The notes under the pieces: model-generated
The model's database searches: none
What the model was told of the DNA's origin: nothing
What the model saw: the letters and a program-made list of their open reading frames with translations, nothing else
Assembly (NCBI GenBank): GCA_965216255.1
Contig: OZ244148.1
Location: 710,623-774,622 of the forward strand
Reading direction: 5' to 3'
Length of the DNA stretch: 64,000 bases
Source of the DNA: Rhodothermales bacterium
GTDB lineage: Bacteria > Bacteroidota > Rhodothermia > Rhodothermales > Bin80
Shown: in pieces, positions 38,858-48,399 of the stretch
Numbering within the stretch: the stretch's first letter is position 1
Layout: each line of letters begins with the position of its first letter
Made by a program: the position numbers and the translations under genes

Positions 38858-41467
38858 ATGCGCCGTCCTGACGCGAGATGGGCGCCGTTAGCATTTGGGC
38901 GCGGCGCGCGCTGCCGGCCGAAAAAGCGGCTTGTGAGGGCGCCCTGCGCCCTGTCCACCGCCGCTCGCACGTGCGTCGCCGTCCTGGCTGCGCTTTCCTG
39001 TGCCTCTGCCTCGGAAACCGAGGCGCAGACCCTCGCAGCCACGGGCCTGCGGAATGCGCCCTGGACGGTGCGTGCGGCCTCCGGCGCGGCGCTTTCCATG
39101 CGGGCCGTGCGGGCCTACCGGCAGGAGAACGACCACTTCCTGGATCCGGTGTCGCTTTTCGAGGCGTTGGGCCTGCCGGCAACAGTCGACGGACACACCG
39201 TCCGGGCGGCCGGCGGCCGGGCCTCCCTGGCCATTGACTTCGAAAAGGGAACCGCGACCTATTCGGCTGCCGGCGTGGAAGAGCGCACGGAAGCACTTTC
39301 CGAAGGCGGCGTCCTGCGCGACGGCGCACGGTATCTGCTCAGCCTCCCGAACCTCCGGAAGGTGCTGCCCCCGGGCGCTCTGGCATTCGACGAGGCCATG
39401 CTGACGGTAATGCCGTCAGCCGCAGCGTTCGGCCGGCAGCGCGCGCCGTTCCGGCTCGAGCGGCCCGCCGCAGTGCAGCATGCGCACGGTCCGCTCCTGT
39501 ATGGCCGCACGCGCAAGTTCATCGGCGGCACGCAGCTGAGCTACCGGATGACGCGCTCGCAGCGACCGGCAGGCGAAGCCAACTACAACGGCTTCCTGCA
39601 GCTTGGCGCCAGCGCGCTCGGGGGCCACGTGAGCGTCGCCGGCACGCTGTCGCGGACAGGCGACCGCCCCGTCACCGCCGCCGTGCGCTCGCTCGGATAC
39701 GTGCTCGACTTTCCCGGCAGGCCGGCCCTGACAAGAGCCGAGATCGGGCGCAGCAGCATCTACCAGTGGCCCGTACGGCAGTCCTACGACGGCATCAGGC
39801 TGGGCAACCTGCCGCTGTCCACACGCCACCTGCAGCACCCGGCAGAGATCAAGGGCGTAACCGAACCCCACGCCCTGGTTGCCGCCTCCGTGGACGGCGT
39901 CGTGGTCGACCAGGCGCAGGCCGACAACCAGGGGCGCTACGCGCTGCAGGTGCCCGCCCGCTACGGAACAAGCCAGGCGGAAGTGGAAATATCTCCTGCG
40001 GGCGGCGGCCTGCCGACCGTGGAAACCCGCCGCCTGTTCATAGCGGAGGACCTGGCGCCGCCCGGCAAGCTCTACTGGGACCTTAACGGCGGCAGGAGCC
40101 GGTTCGGCAGGGCGCCGTTCGGACTTCTCCAGGCCCGCCTCGGGCTGTCGAGGAGCCTTACCGCACGGGGCGGCCTCGCGTATGCGGATTCCCTCTACAC
40201 CGCCACGCTTGGCGCCACCCGGAGCCTGTGGGGCTTCATGAGCGCCGGCGCGGAAGTGTCGTACCCCGAAGCGGCGGGGCGCGCCACGCTGGGCCTGTTC
40301 CGTGGCCACTGGCGCATAAACGCCGAAATGGAGCTTGCCGAAAAGCCCGGACTAACGCACTACCGGCGCCGCCTGCAGGGACAGATCGGCGCCAGCCTCT
40401 CCCGCATCAGCCTGCACGTCAATGCCGGCCAATACGCTTCGTTTGCCGGTGGCAGTACGCTGAACGCGAACGCGTCGGGCACCCTCAGACTGAACCGGGG
40501 AACCACCCTGCTGTTGTCTGCAGGCCGGACCGCCGCACGATCCGCGCCGGGCTCACAGTCCGCGCCCAGGCTACAGTGGAAGAGCGTACTGACGCGGTAC
40601 CTGTCACTCGGACGGCTGCGAACGCGAACGGGCCTGCAGGGCGAAGGAGGACGCTACGGCAACGTCGACTTTGCGGGACTGACCGCTAACGCCAATCTCC
40701 GAAACGTCAGCTTCGGCACGCGGATCGGCTACGACTTTGCGGCCGGAAGACTGAGCGCCTCCCTTACGCTGCGCATGGATGCCCCTTGGATGAGCTTCAA
40801 CAGCCACTCCGAGCTCGATCCCCATAACCCGCACCACCGGCAAAGCGTGTACGGAGCCATGGAGCTGGGTCACGGCATCCGGTTTACCCGGCAGCCAAGA
40901 ACCTACAGCAGCGCCGTGCTCCGGGCCTTCATCGACCTGAACCGTAACAGCCGGATGGAGCCGAACGAGCCGCTCCTTCCGGAACTGGAACTGGAGGTGC
41001 TCCGGGCCCGCGTATCGCGACAGGAAGACGGCAGCGCGAATGCGGGCTACCTGCTGCCCAGCACGCGCTATGAGGTCGTCATCGACCCCGGCTCCATCAA
41101 AGCGCCCAATCTGGTTCTGGCAACCGGAACGATCTTCAGCTTCGTGTCCGATCCCGGAGAGACCAAGCGGATCGACATTCCCGTGTACAGGAACACTGCC
41201 GTCGAAGGAGCAATCGAGGACCTGCCGCTCGATCCGCCCACACGGGCGGTCGTGGTGTTCTTCCAGGAAGCGGACGAAGTGGCCCAGGCCGCCGTCTCCC
41301 CTCAGCGCACGTTCACCGCCGTGCTTGCTCCGGGCACGTACCGGATGGAAGTCCACGATGTGCTCACCCGGAAGGAACTGCCTGCATTTACCCGAACTGT
41401 GGAAGTGCTGCAGGCTGAGAGGCAGACTCTCACGGTTCAGCCCAACCGGGAGCGTTCCGCCTCTTGA
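38858..41467 (+). CDS. 869-aa predicted outer-membrane protein with usher-like domain order (N-domain, large beta-barrel region, C-terminal beta-sandwich/CarboxypepD_reg-like domains)
   Basis: Signal-like VAVLAALSCASASETEAQ. The middle ~450 aa has alternating beta-strand patterns (GLAYADSLYTATLGATRSLWGFMSAGAEVSY..., VSFGTRIGYDFAAGRLSASLTLRMD). The tail reads TFTAVLAPGTYRMEVHDVL...TLTVQP. The family is not recognised; the usher analogy rests on size and domain order only. Confidence 0.6.
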   Translation: MRRPDARWAPLAFGRGARCRPKKRLVRAPCALSTAARTCVAVLAALSCASASETEAQTLAATGLRNAPWTVRAASGAALSMRAVRAYRQENDHFLDPVSLFEALGLPATVDGHTVRAAGGRASLAIDFEKGTATYSAAGVEERTEALSEGGVLRDGARYLLSLPNLRKVLPPGALAFDEAMLTVMPSAAAFGRQRAPFRLERPAAVQHAHGPLLYGRTRKFIGGTQLSYRMTRSQRPAGEANYNGFLQLGASALGGHVSVAGTLSRTGDRPVTAAVRSLGYVLDFPGRPALTRAEIGRSSIYQWPVRQSYDGIRLGNLPLSTRHLQHPAEIKGVTEPHALVAASVDGVVVDQAQADNQGRYALQVPARYGTSQAEVEISPAGGGLPTVETRRLFIAEDLAPPGKLYWDLNGGRSRFGRAPFGLLQARLGLSRSLTARGGLAYADSLYTATLGATRSLWGFMSAGAEVSYPEAAGRATLGLFRGHWRINAEMELAEKPGLTHYRRRLQGQIGASLSRISLHVNAGQYASFAGGSTLNANASGTLRLNRGTTLLLSAGRTAARSAPGSQSAPRLQWKSVLTRYLSLGRLRTRTGLQGEGGRYGNVDFAGLTANANLRNVSFGTRIGYDFAAGRLSASLTLRMDAPWMSFNSHSELDPHNPHHRQSVYGAMELGHGIRFTRQPRTYSSAVLRAFIDLNRNSRMEPNEPLLPELELEVLRARVSRQEDGSANAGYLLPSTRYEVVIDPGSIKAPNLVLATGTIFSFVSDPGETKRIDIPVYRNTAVEGAIEDLPLDPPTRAVVVFFQEADEVAQAAVSPQRTFTAVLAPGTYRMEVHDVLTRKELPAFTRTVEVLQAERQTLTVQPNRERSAS

Positions 41468-41781
41468 GGGCGCAGGACGTGCTTGCGACATCCTTGCCAG
41501 CGCCACAGTGTCGCCGTCGCGCGGGATTGTCGGATCCGGGTGGCAAGTGATTTACGGGTGCAGCCGGTCATGGCAGCGGTTCGGAAAAACGATCACCAAC
41601 CCTTTTTGAAGATGCCTTGCGAAGCGTACGGGGTGCTCCGGCCGATTCCGGCCCTGCGTTCCGCGGTGCGTGCATGCCGTCCGGCGGTCCGAAGCCGGGA
41701 ACAATTCGTGCCGCTGCCTGATTGCGCCGGGCACATGCGAAAAGGCAGAGAATCCGTCCCGGCAGCGTGTGCGATCCCAAA

Positions 41782-43949
41782 CCCAAGTTTACCATTGTGC
41801 TTCATAACAGGTTGTAAAGTAGAGACTTGAAAATTGTTCTGGCACAACAAATGGCCACCAAGTGAGGTTTTATGCCTTAGGTCATATGATCGTCTTGTGC
41901 ATGGCCAAGGGCAGTGGATCGATGCACAAGGCATCGTAAATGGCCCTTAGTTCCATATCCGGCTGCGAGCTGGTGCGGACATGGAGTGTGCGTGCGTCCT
42001 TGCGCTCGAAGATGCTGGTCGTGCGAACCTGACGCCGAAGGATCCTCCTGAGTGTCGTCCAGCTGAAGCGTAGTCCTTTCTGGCGCAGACGCGTACGAAT
42101 CACCTGCACCAACTGGTAAGCCAGGACCGTGATGAATAGATGGCCCTCCGCGCGCCGGCCTGTGGAATGGTAGATCGGTCGCAGTCCGAGTTCCGACTTC
42201 AGGGACCGGAACACCGCTTCCAGATCGGTCAGCATCACATACGTGCGCCAGAGCTCTTCCGCGGTGAACTCCATCTCGTTGCTGCGCAGGCAATAGACGC
42301 CCGGATCGGTCATTATCGTGCCCGCTTTCGGCGTCTTTGTCCACGTGATAGACTGGGCCCGCTTGCCGTCCTCATCCGTCTCCACTTCTATCTCGTAATG
42401 CTGTCCGATGCCGCTGAAGCTCTGCTTCAATCGGCCGATACGTTCCCTTATGAGGTCGATGCGCTTTTGCGTCTTCGGCAGGGCAAGCCCCTCGGAAAGC
42501 TTGCCGAGGGCCTCCTCGAATCTTTCCGCTTTCTGCTTCACCTTGGCCTCTTCCATCGCCATGCGGGACCGGGATCGGCAACAGAGCCGTACCTCGTCGT
42601 CTGCCTCCTCCCGGTACACCTCGACGTCACTGCCCGAGGCCGTCTGAAGAGCCTCGGCCTGCTGCTCATCAAAATGCTTCCTGCGCTCTCTTGATACCAC
42701 GATGTAGCGGTAGCCCTCCTCTCGCAGCCAGTCTATGCGGTCCTGTGTGGCAATGCCCCGATCCATCACCACACGTGCGTTCTTGGGCGTCTCCAGGGAC
42801 TCCAGCATCTCCTTGAGCGTGGACGCTTCGTTTACGTTGCCCTTGAAGACTTGGCTACGACGCACGAACCCGCTGCCGTCCACTACAAGAGCCAGCGTGA
42901 GCAGCACGCAGTCACTGCGACGCTCCTTCGAGCGTCCGTACTTGGCCTTGTCGATGCTCTTGCCACTGCCTTCCAGGAAGCTGTTGGTCAGATCATAGAG
43001 CGCGATCGTGGGCTCCAGATCAAACAGGTCCAGCGCCCGTGCAAAGAGGTGGTCCTCTATGGCCTTGCGGTGTTTGTGCAGCATGTCGCTGGCCCGGTAC
43101 AGCTGCATGTCGGCCATCTTCTGGAAGTTGCAGCCCAGAAACTCGTCCAGGCCACTGGCAGAGGCCAGCCAACGCTTCGTGGCATGTTCGCTGGCCGGCT
43201 CGGCCAGACGGCCTATGATGGAGCCCGTGGCTGCATGCCGGAGGCCTCGTGTGATGCCAAGCTTCTCGAAGAGCTCATCCATGCCCAACTGCTCCATGGC
43301 CCAGAGCCCCACATGTTCTACACCCACCGTGCGGGGCCGGACCGTTTTGAGCGAGTGGACATCCACATGGTGCCATTCGCGCGGCGGCGTCTCGCCCTTG
43401 CCCTCGGTCACGGCTACCGCCTTGCGCGCACTCAAAAGTTCTGCAATGCGGTGGGCCTCCTCTTCCACAACGGCAGGAACGCCCATGGGTACGAGTTCGA
43501 GCTGGCCCTTGAGCAGTGCCTCAATCCGGTTGCAGAGCGCACGCCAGTAGCGTTTGTCGATGCGGAAGTGGGCACCGAGATTGAGCAGGGTCTTCTGCCG
43601 GACCTTGCCCTCTATGCGTTCGCCGTGGCAGAGCCGAAAGGAATAGTAGCGTGTAGCGTTGTCGGTGGTATGGGTAAGCGATCGTCGGATATACATAGGG
43701 GGAAGATAGGGCTGGAAACCGTTGCCCGCAATAGGTATCAATATTTTATGGCACAACATTCGTATTTCAGTTTCTGTGAATTTCAAAAATGGTGCGTTGG
43801 TGGGATCTTGTGGGGCTCTGGTGGGGCCAAGCACCATAAATTCCGGTAAAACAGGCCTAAAGTGGGGGCTCATCCCTAAAAATCTCTCGAAATAAATAAC
43901 TGCGATTATTGCCGACCTTCAAATTCAGCCGCCAAATGGTAAAGATGGG
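41782..43949 (-). mobile_element. IS1634-like insertion sequence, copy 2, 2168 bp (diverged from copy 1)
   Basis: Ends are CCCAAGTTTACCATT (41782-) and AATGGTAAAGATGGG (-43949). A 4-bp direct repeat CAAA lies at 41778-41781 and 43950-43953. Confidence 0.8.
41882..43696 (-). CDS. IS1634-family DDE transposase
   Basis: Track ORF 41882..43873; the probable start is MYIRRSLTHTT.. at 43696. By eye roughly 80-85% identical in protein to the copy at 23485. Confidence 0.85.
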   Translation of the reverse strand: MYIRRSLTHTTDNATRYYSFRLCHGERIEGKVRQKTLLNLGAHFRIDKRYWRALCNRIEALLKGQLELVPMGVPAVVEEEAHRIAELLSARKAVAVTEGKGETPPREWHHVDVHSLKTVRPRTVGVEHVGLWAMEQLGMDELFEKLGITRGLRHAATGSIIGRLAEPASEHATKRWLASASGLDEFLGCNFQKMADMQLYRASDMLHKHRKAIEDHLFARALDLFDLEPTIALYDLTNSFLEGSGKSIDKAKYGRSKERRSDCVLLTLALVVDGSGFVRRSQVFKGNVNEASTLKEMLESLETPKNARVVMDRGIATQDRIDWLREEGYRYIVVSRERRKHFDEQQAEALQTASGSDVEVYREEADDEVRLCCRSRSRMAMEEAKVKQKAERFEEALGKLSEGLALPKTQKRIDLIRERIGRLKQSFSGIGQHYEIEVETDEDGKRAQSITWTKTPKAGTIMTDPGVYCLRSNEMEFTAEELWRTYVMLTDLEAVFRSLKSELGLRPIYHSTGRRAEGHLFITVLAYQLVQVIRTRLRQKGLRFSWTTLRRILRRQVRTTSIFERKDARTLHVRTSSQPDMELRAIYDALCIDPLPLAMHKTII

Positions 43950-44031
43950 CAAAGGGCAAACAGGCACCCTCCGCGCGTGCGCGGCGTATATTCCATGCTG
44001 TCCTCCAGAGCCGCTGCCCCCCTTGCACCGA

Positions 44032-47000
44032 ATGCGCCTGCAGCATGCATCCTTCTGCCATCTCCGAATGAGAGACCCTCCATCGGCATACGGACCCGGG
44101 GGCATCCTGTCCTTCACCAGGACGGCCCTTCTTTTGGTTGTAGCCATCATGGCGCCGGCGGCCCTGGCGCAGCAGGAGCCGGCGTTCGAGCCCGGCGTGG
44201 TCGTGGTCCAGTTCGATCCCGGCACCGCCACCCTGGAAGGGGCCGCCAAGACGGGACTGGCCGCCTTTGACCGCGCGGCGTCCCCGTTCGGGGTCACCTC
44301 CATCGAGCGTCCCTTTGCGTTCCTGGACCATGTGGAGCCCAAGCCGGAGACCGAGCGCAACCTGATGGCGTTGCGCCGCACCTACTACGTGCGCTACAGC
44401 GCGGACGAGGAGCCGCTGACTGTCGCGCGGACGCTCGCCCGCGCCGAGGGCGTCACCTATGCCGAACCGCTGCTGGTCAATCGCTTCCTAGGGCCCATGG
44501 CCCTGCCCGATGATTCGCTCTTCGGCGAACAGACGTATCTCGGGCACCTGCGCCTGCCCGAGGCCTGGGACGTCGTCCGGGCGGGCAGCACCCGCGGGGA
44601 AGAGGGCATGAGCGCCCCGCCCGTGGTGATCGCTATCGTGGACGGTGGCGGCGACTGGCGCCACGAGGACCTTGTCTCCAACGTGTGGACCAATCCCGGC
44701 GAGATACCCGGCAATGGCAGGGATGACGACGTGAACGGCTTCCGGGACGACGTGCATGGCGTCAACCTGGCCAACGAGGACGACAGCGACAACGACCCGA
44801 CGGGGCTGCCCCAGACGCCCATCAGCGCGTGGCACGGCACGGCCGTGGCGGGCGCCGCAAGCGCGGCCACCGACAACGGCATCGGCATTGCCGGCGCGGC
44901 ATGGAATGCCAAGGTGATGCACGTCAACGTGGGCTGCCCCGACCGGGAAACCGTCTGCCACGGCTACAGGGGCATCCTGTACGCCGCTTCCAACGGCGCC
45001 GATGTCATCAACGTCAGCTGGTCCGGGTCGCCGAGCCGCGAGCAGGAACTGAAGATGGTCACGGAAGCGCTGGACTTCGCCACCGCCCACGGCGCCCTGG
45101 TCGTGGCCGCGGCCGGCAACGGGGCAGAGGACATGGGCACGCGGTTCTTTCCCTCGTATCCGGCGGCCCATCCGCGCGTGTTGTCCGTGGGGGCGACGGA
45201 GCGCGATACGCGCCTGCTGGCGGCCTTCTCCAACTACGGCAAAGAGGTAAACGTCTATGCGCCCGGCGAAGGCATCGTCACGACGGCGCCGGATGACGGC
45301 TACAGCCGGTCGTTGGAGGGCACCTCCTTTGCGGCGCCCCTGGTAAGCGGCGTGGCCGCCCTCGTGAAGACCCGCTTTCCCCACCTGTCGGTGGACGCGC
45401 TGCGAGAGAAGGTGCGGCTGGCAAGCGACAACATGGATGCGGACAACCCGGGCCATGCCGGACGCCTCGGAATCGGCTTCGTCAATGCCGAAACAGCCGT
45501 GCAGCGGCACGCGCGTCCCGGCGTGCGCGTAACGGACTGGTCGTGGCAGGAGGCAAACGGCGACAGCGTGATCGCCCCCGGCGAAGAGGTCACCATCACG
45601 GCCACCGTCACCAATCACCTGGCGGATGCGGAGCAGCTCAGCATAGGGCTCTCGGCGTCCCGGCCGTACCCGTACTTGGACCTGTCACGGTCCGAACACG
45701 CCGTCGGTTACCTGGCAAGCGGCGCCTCCCGGACCGTCCGCCTGCGGTTTTCCGTCGGCGCGGACCCGCCCGCCAACGAGCGCATACGGCTCTTTGCGCA
45801 CGTCACGCACGGTGCGTTCACCGATGAAGTCGACTACTTCACGCTGGCCATAAACCGGCGGCTCGACATCGTGCACGAGGCGCTGAGCGCACTGTATTTG
45901 GCTACCGACGGTGATACCTGGAAGTACAATTACGACTGGGACATCACCAGAGTGCCTACGCTGAGCGAACTGGGCAGATGGAGAGGAGTCACGGTAAGGG
46001 ATGGATGGCTGATTACGCTCAATTTGGAAAACAATAACCTGGCGGGGACGCTGCCGCTCGAACTGGGACACCTCACAGAAATCCAACAGCTGCGGCTTGG
46101 TTTCAATTTCAATGCACTAACAGGGCCCATACCCGCTGAGCTCGGTCAGCTCACCCAGTTACGGATGCTGTTGCTGGAAAGCAATGCCCTGACAGGAAAG
46201 ATCCCGAAGGAACTGGGCAACCTCTCGCAGTTGCGATGGCTGTTTCTGTCCCATAATAATCTTTCCGGGGAGATTCCCGCCGAACTGGGAAACCTCTCGC
46301 GGCTGAGGTGGCTGCACCTCCACGGGAACAACCTTTCCGGAGAGATTCCCACCGAATTCGGAAACCTCTTACGGCTGGAAGTGCTGGCGCTGGGACAGAA
46401 CAATCTGTCCGGACCCATACCGCCCGAACTCGGAAACCTCTCGCGACTGAGATCACTGGGACTCTTCTCCTTGACCAATCTGTCCGGACCCATACCGCCC
46501 GAACTGGGAAACCTCGCACAGCTGAAACGGCTGTATCTGCACGAGAATGAGCTTTCGGGGCCCATTCCCGCCGAACTGGGAAACCTCTCGCGACTGGAAC
46601 TGCTGAGCCTGTATGAGACCAATCTGTCCGGACCCATACCGCCCGAACTGGGGCAACTCGCACAGCTGCGAGAGCTGCTGCTGTCAAAGAACAACATCTC
46701 GGGGTCTATACCAAAGGAACTCGGCCGCCTGGCAAAGCTGCGCATCTTGTGGCTGTGGGATAATGCCCTGTCGGGGCCCATACCGCCCGAACTGGGAAAC
46801 CTCTCTGAGCTGGGGTGGCTGAGGCTACAGTACAACGAGCTGTCCGGGCCCATTCCTCCCGAACTGGGACGGCTCGCGCGGCTGCGGGCGTTGACTGCGT
46901 TTGACAACGAGCTGTCCGGGCCCATTCCTCCCGAACTCGGAAACTTGCCTGAACTGCAGGAGCTGGCTCTGCAAAGCAACAATCTGTCCGGGCCCATTCC

Positions 47001-48288
47001 TCCCGAACTCGGAAAACTCGCTCAACTGGAACGCCTGAGACTGGAAAGCAACAATCTGTCGGGGCCCATACCTCCCGAACTCGGAAAACTCGCTCAGCTG
47101 AAAAGCCTGACGCTGCAAAGCAACAATCTGTCCGGGCCTATTCCCGCCGAACTCGGAAACCTCGCTCATCTGAGCTGGGTGGAGATGTACGAGAACGGCC
47201 TGTCGGGGCCCATTCCGCCCGAACTCGGAAAACTCTCCGAACTGCGACGGCTGAAACTGGGACACAACGAGCTGTCGGGGGCCATACCCGCCGAACTGGG
47301 ACAGCTCGTAAATCTGCAGAATCTGTCCCTGGCGGACAATGCGCTGTCGGGGGCCATACCTCCTGAACTGGGAAACCTCGCAAAGCTGGAACACCTGAGA
47401 CTGGAAAGCAACAATCTGTCGGGGGCCATACCTCCTGAACTGGGAAACCTCGCAAAGCTGCAAGTGCTGAGCCTGAAAAACAATGCGCTGTCCGGACCCG
47501 TACCGCCTGAACTGGGGAACCTCTCCGAGCTGGTATGGCTGGCTCTGAACGGCAATGAGCTTACCGGCAAGCTGCCCAGAAGCCTCATGCAGCTGACAAA
47601 CCTGAACGGATTACACTTTCACGGCCAAGCCCTTTGCGCCCCGCAGGACGAGGCGTTCCAGGCGTGGCTTCGCGGCAAGACGGACGTGGACAGCCCCACC
47701 TGCACGGGCGTGTACTTCGCAGAGGACATCCCGGACCAGAGTTTCACCCGCGACGAGGCCGTCGCGCCGCTGGTTTTTCCCGAGGCAGCCGGTGGCAGCG
47801 AACCCTATGCCTACAGCCTGAGGCCCACGCTGCCGGCGGGACTTATCTTCGACGACTCAACCCGCACCATCAGTGGCACGCCCACCGAACTGCTGGCCAG
47901 GACCGCGTACACCTACGCCGCCACCGATGCCGACGGCCTCGCGGACAGCCTCACCTTTGCCATCGAAGTCCTCTCGCCCTTGCACATCCTCGGCGCAGGG
48001 GACATCCCCTCCGAATTCGCCGTGCACGGCAACCATCCCAATCCCTTCCGCCATGTCACCCGCCTGGCATTCGACCTGCCCTGGCCTGCCCGGGTAACGG
48101 TGGAAGTGCTGGACCTGACGGGCAGGCGCGTGCTCATGCTGCCGGAAGAAGCCCTTGCCGCGGGGCGGAGCAGGACGATCGAGGTGACCGGATCCGCCCT
48201 CTCCTCGGGGCTGTATTTCTACCGCCTCGTCGCAGCATCGCCCAAAGGCACGTCGGTGCACGCAGGGCGCTTCGTACGCGTCCGGTAA
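44032..48288 (+). CDS. Secreted subtilisin-like (S8) serine protease fused to ~20 plant-type LRRs, a He_PIG-like Ig domain and a T9SS C-terminal sorting domain
   Basis: The track start 43909 lies inside the IS. ATG 44032 or 44068 precedes the signal peptide ALLLVVAIMAPAALAQQ. Catalytic motifs: VIAIVDGGGDW (Asp), WHGTAVAGAASA (His), EGTSFAAPLVSGVAAL (Ser). LRRs of type LxxLxxLxLxxNxLSGPIPPELGNL span about 45990-47620. Then YAYSLRPTLPAGLIFDDSTRTISGTP. CTD: FAVHGNHPNPFRHVTRLAFDLP...GLYFYRLVA. Confidence 0.9.
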   Translation: MRLQHASFCHLRMRDPPSAYGPGGILSFTRTALLLVVAIMAPAALAQQEPAFEPGVVVVQFDPGTATLEGAAKTGLAAFDRAASPFGVTSIERPFAFLDHVEPKPETERNLMALRRTYYVRYSADEEPLTVARTLARAEGVTYAEPLLVNRFLGPMALPDDSLFGEQTYLGHLRLPEAWDVVRAGSTRGEEGMSAPPVVIAIVDGGGDWRHEDLVSNVWTNPGEIPGNGRDDDVNGFRDDVHGVNLANEDDSDNDPTGLPQTPISAWHGTAVAGAASAATDNGIGIAGAAWNAKVMHVNVGCPDRETVCHGYRGILYAASNGADVINVSWSGSPSREQELKMVTEALDFATAHGALVVAAAGNGAEDMGTRFFPSYPAAHPRVLSVGATERDTRLLAAFSNYGKEVNVYAPGEGIVTTAPDDGYSRSLEGTSFAAPLVSGVAALVKTRFPHLSVDALREKVRLASDNMDADNPGHAGRLGIGFVNAETAVQRHARPGVRVTDWSWQEANGDSVIAPGEEVTITATVTNHLADAEQLSIGLSASRPYPYLDLSRSEHAVGYLASGASRTVRLRFSVGADPPANERIRLFAHVTHGAFTDEVDYFTLAINRRLDIVHEALSALYLATDGDTWKYNYDWDITRVPTLSELGRWRGVTVRDGWLITLNLENNNLAGTLPLELGHLTEIQQLRLGFNFNALTGPIPAELGQLTQLRMLLLESNALTGKIPKELGNLSQLRWLFLSHNNLSGEIPAELGNLSRLRWLHLHGNNLSGEIPTEFGNLLRLEVLALGQNNLSGPIPPELGNLSRLRSLGLFSLTNLSGPIPPELGNLAQLKRLYLHENELSGPIPAELGNLSRLELLSLYETNLSGPIPPELGQLAQLRELLLSKNNISGSIPKELGRLAKLRILWLWDNALSGPIPPELGNLSELGWLRLQYNELSGPIPPELGRLARLRALTAFDNELSGPIPPELGNLPELQELALQSNNLSGPIPPELGKLAQLERLRLESNNLSGPIPPELGKLAQLKSLTLQSNNLSGPIPAELGNLAHLSWVEMYENGLSGPIPPELGKLSELRRLKLGHNELSGAIPAELGQLVNLQNLSLADNALSGAIPPELGNLAKLEHLRLESNNLSGAIPPELGNLAKLQVLSLKNNALSGPVPPELGNLSELVWLALNGNELTGKLPRSLMQLTNLNGLHFHGQALCAPQDEAFQAWLRGKTDVDSPTCTGVYFAEDIPDQSFTRDEAVAPLVFPEAAGGSEPYAYSLRPTLPAGLIFDDSTRTISGTPTELLARTAYTYAATDADGLADSLTFAIEVLSPLHILGAGDIPSEFAVHGNHPNPFRHVTRLAFDLPWPARVTVEVLDLTGRRVLMLPEEALAAGRSRTIEVTGSALSSGLYFYRLVAASPKGTSVHAGRFVRVR

Positions 48289-48301
48289 GGCGATCGGGAT
48301 A

Positions 48302-48325
48302 GGTGGGGGCCTCACGGCCCCCACC
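48302..48325 (+). terminator. 10-bp GC hairpin GGTGGGGGCC-TCAC-GGCCCCCACC 14 nt after the protease-LRR stop (no U-tract)
   Basis: Read directly. Confidence 0.4.
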
Positions 48326-48399
48326 CCCCCACACCACCGTGCGTACGGGTCCGTACACGGCGGTTCAATGGACTTGAGCAAACCGACTTGGGTGCCAGG

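Noticed and set aside
23388-43949. Composite transposon formed by the two IS1634-like copies carrying the adhesin locus.
   Set aside because: Each copy has its own matching 4-bp flanking duplication (GTAG/GTAG and CAAA/CAAA). The outer flanks do not match each other, and the copies are substantially diverged. This indicates independent insertions.
30274-47620. Regularly spaced nucleotide repeats (573-591 bp, 858 bp, and 72-bp LRR periodicity) that might be mistaken for CRISPR or satellite arrays.
   Set aside because: All lie inside long open reading frames with conserved protein-level repeat motifs. There is no short repeat/unique spacer alternation and there are no cas genes.
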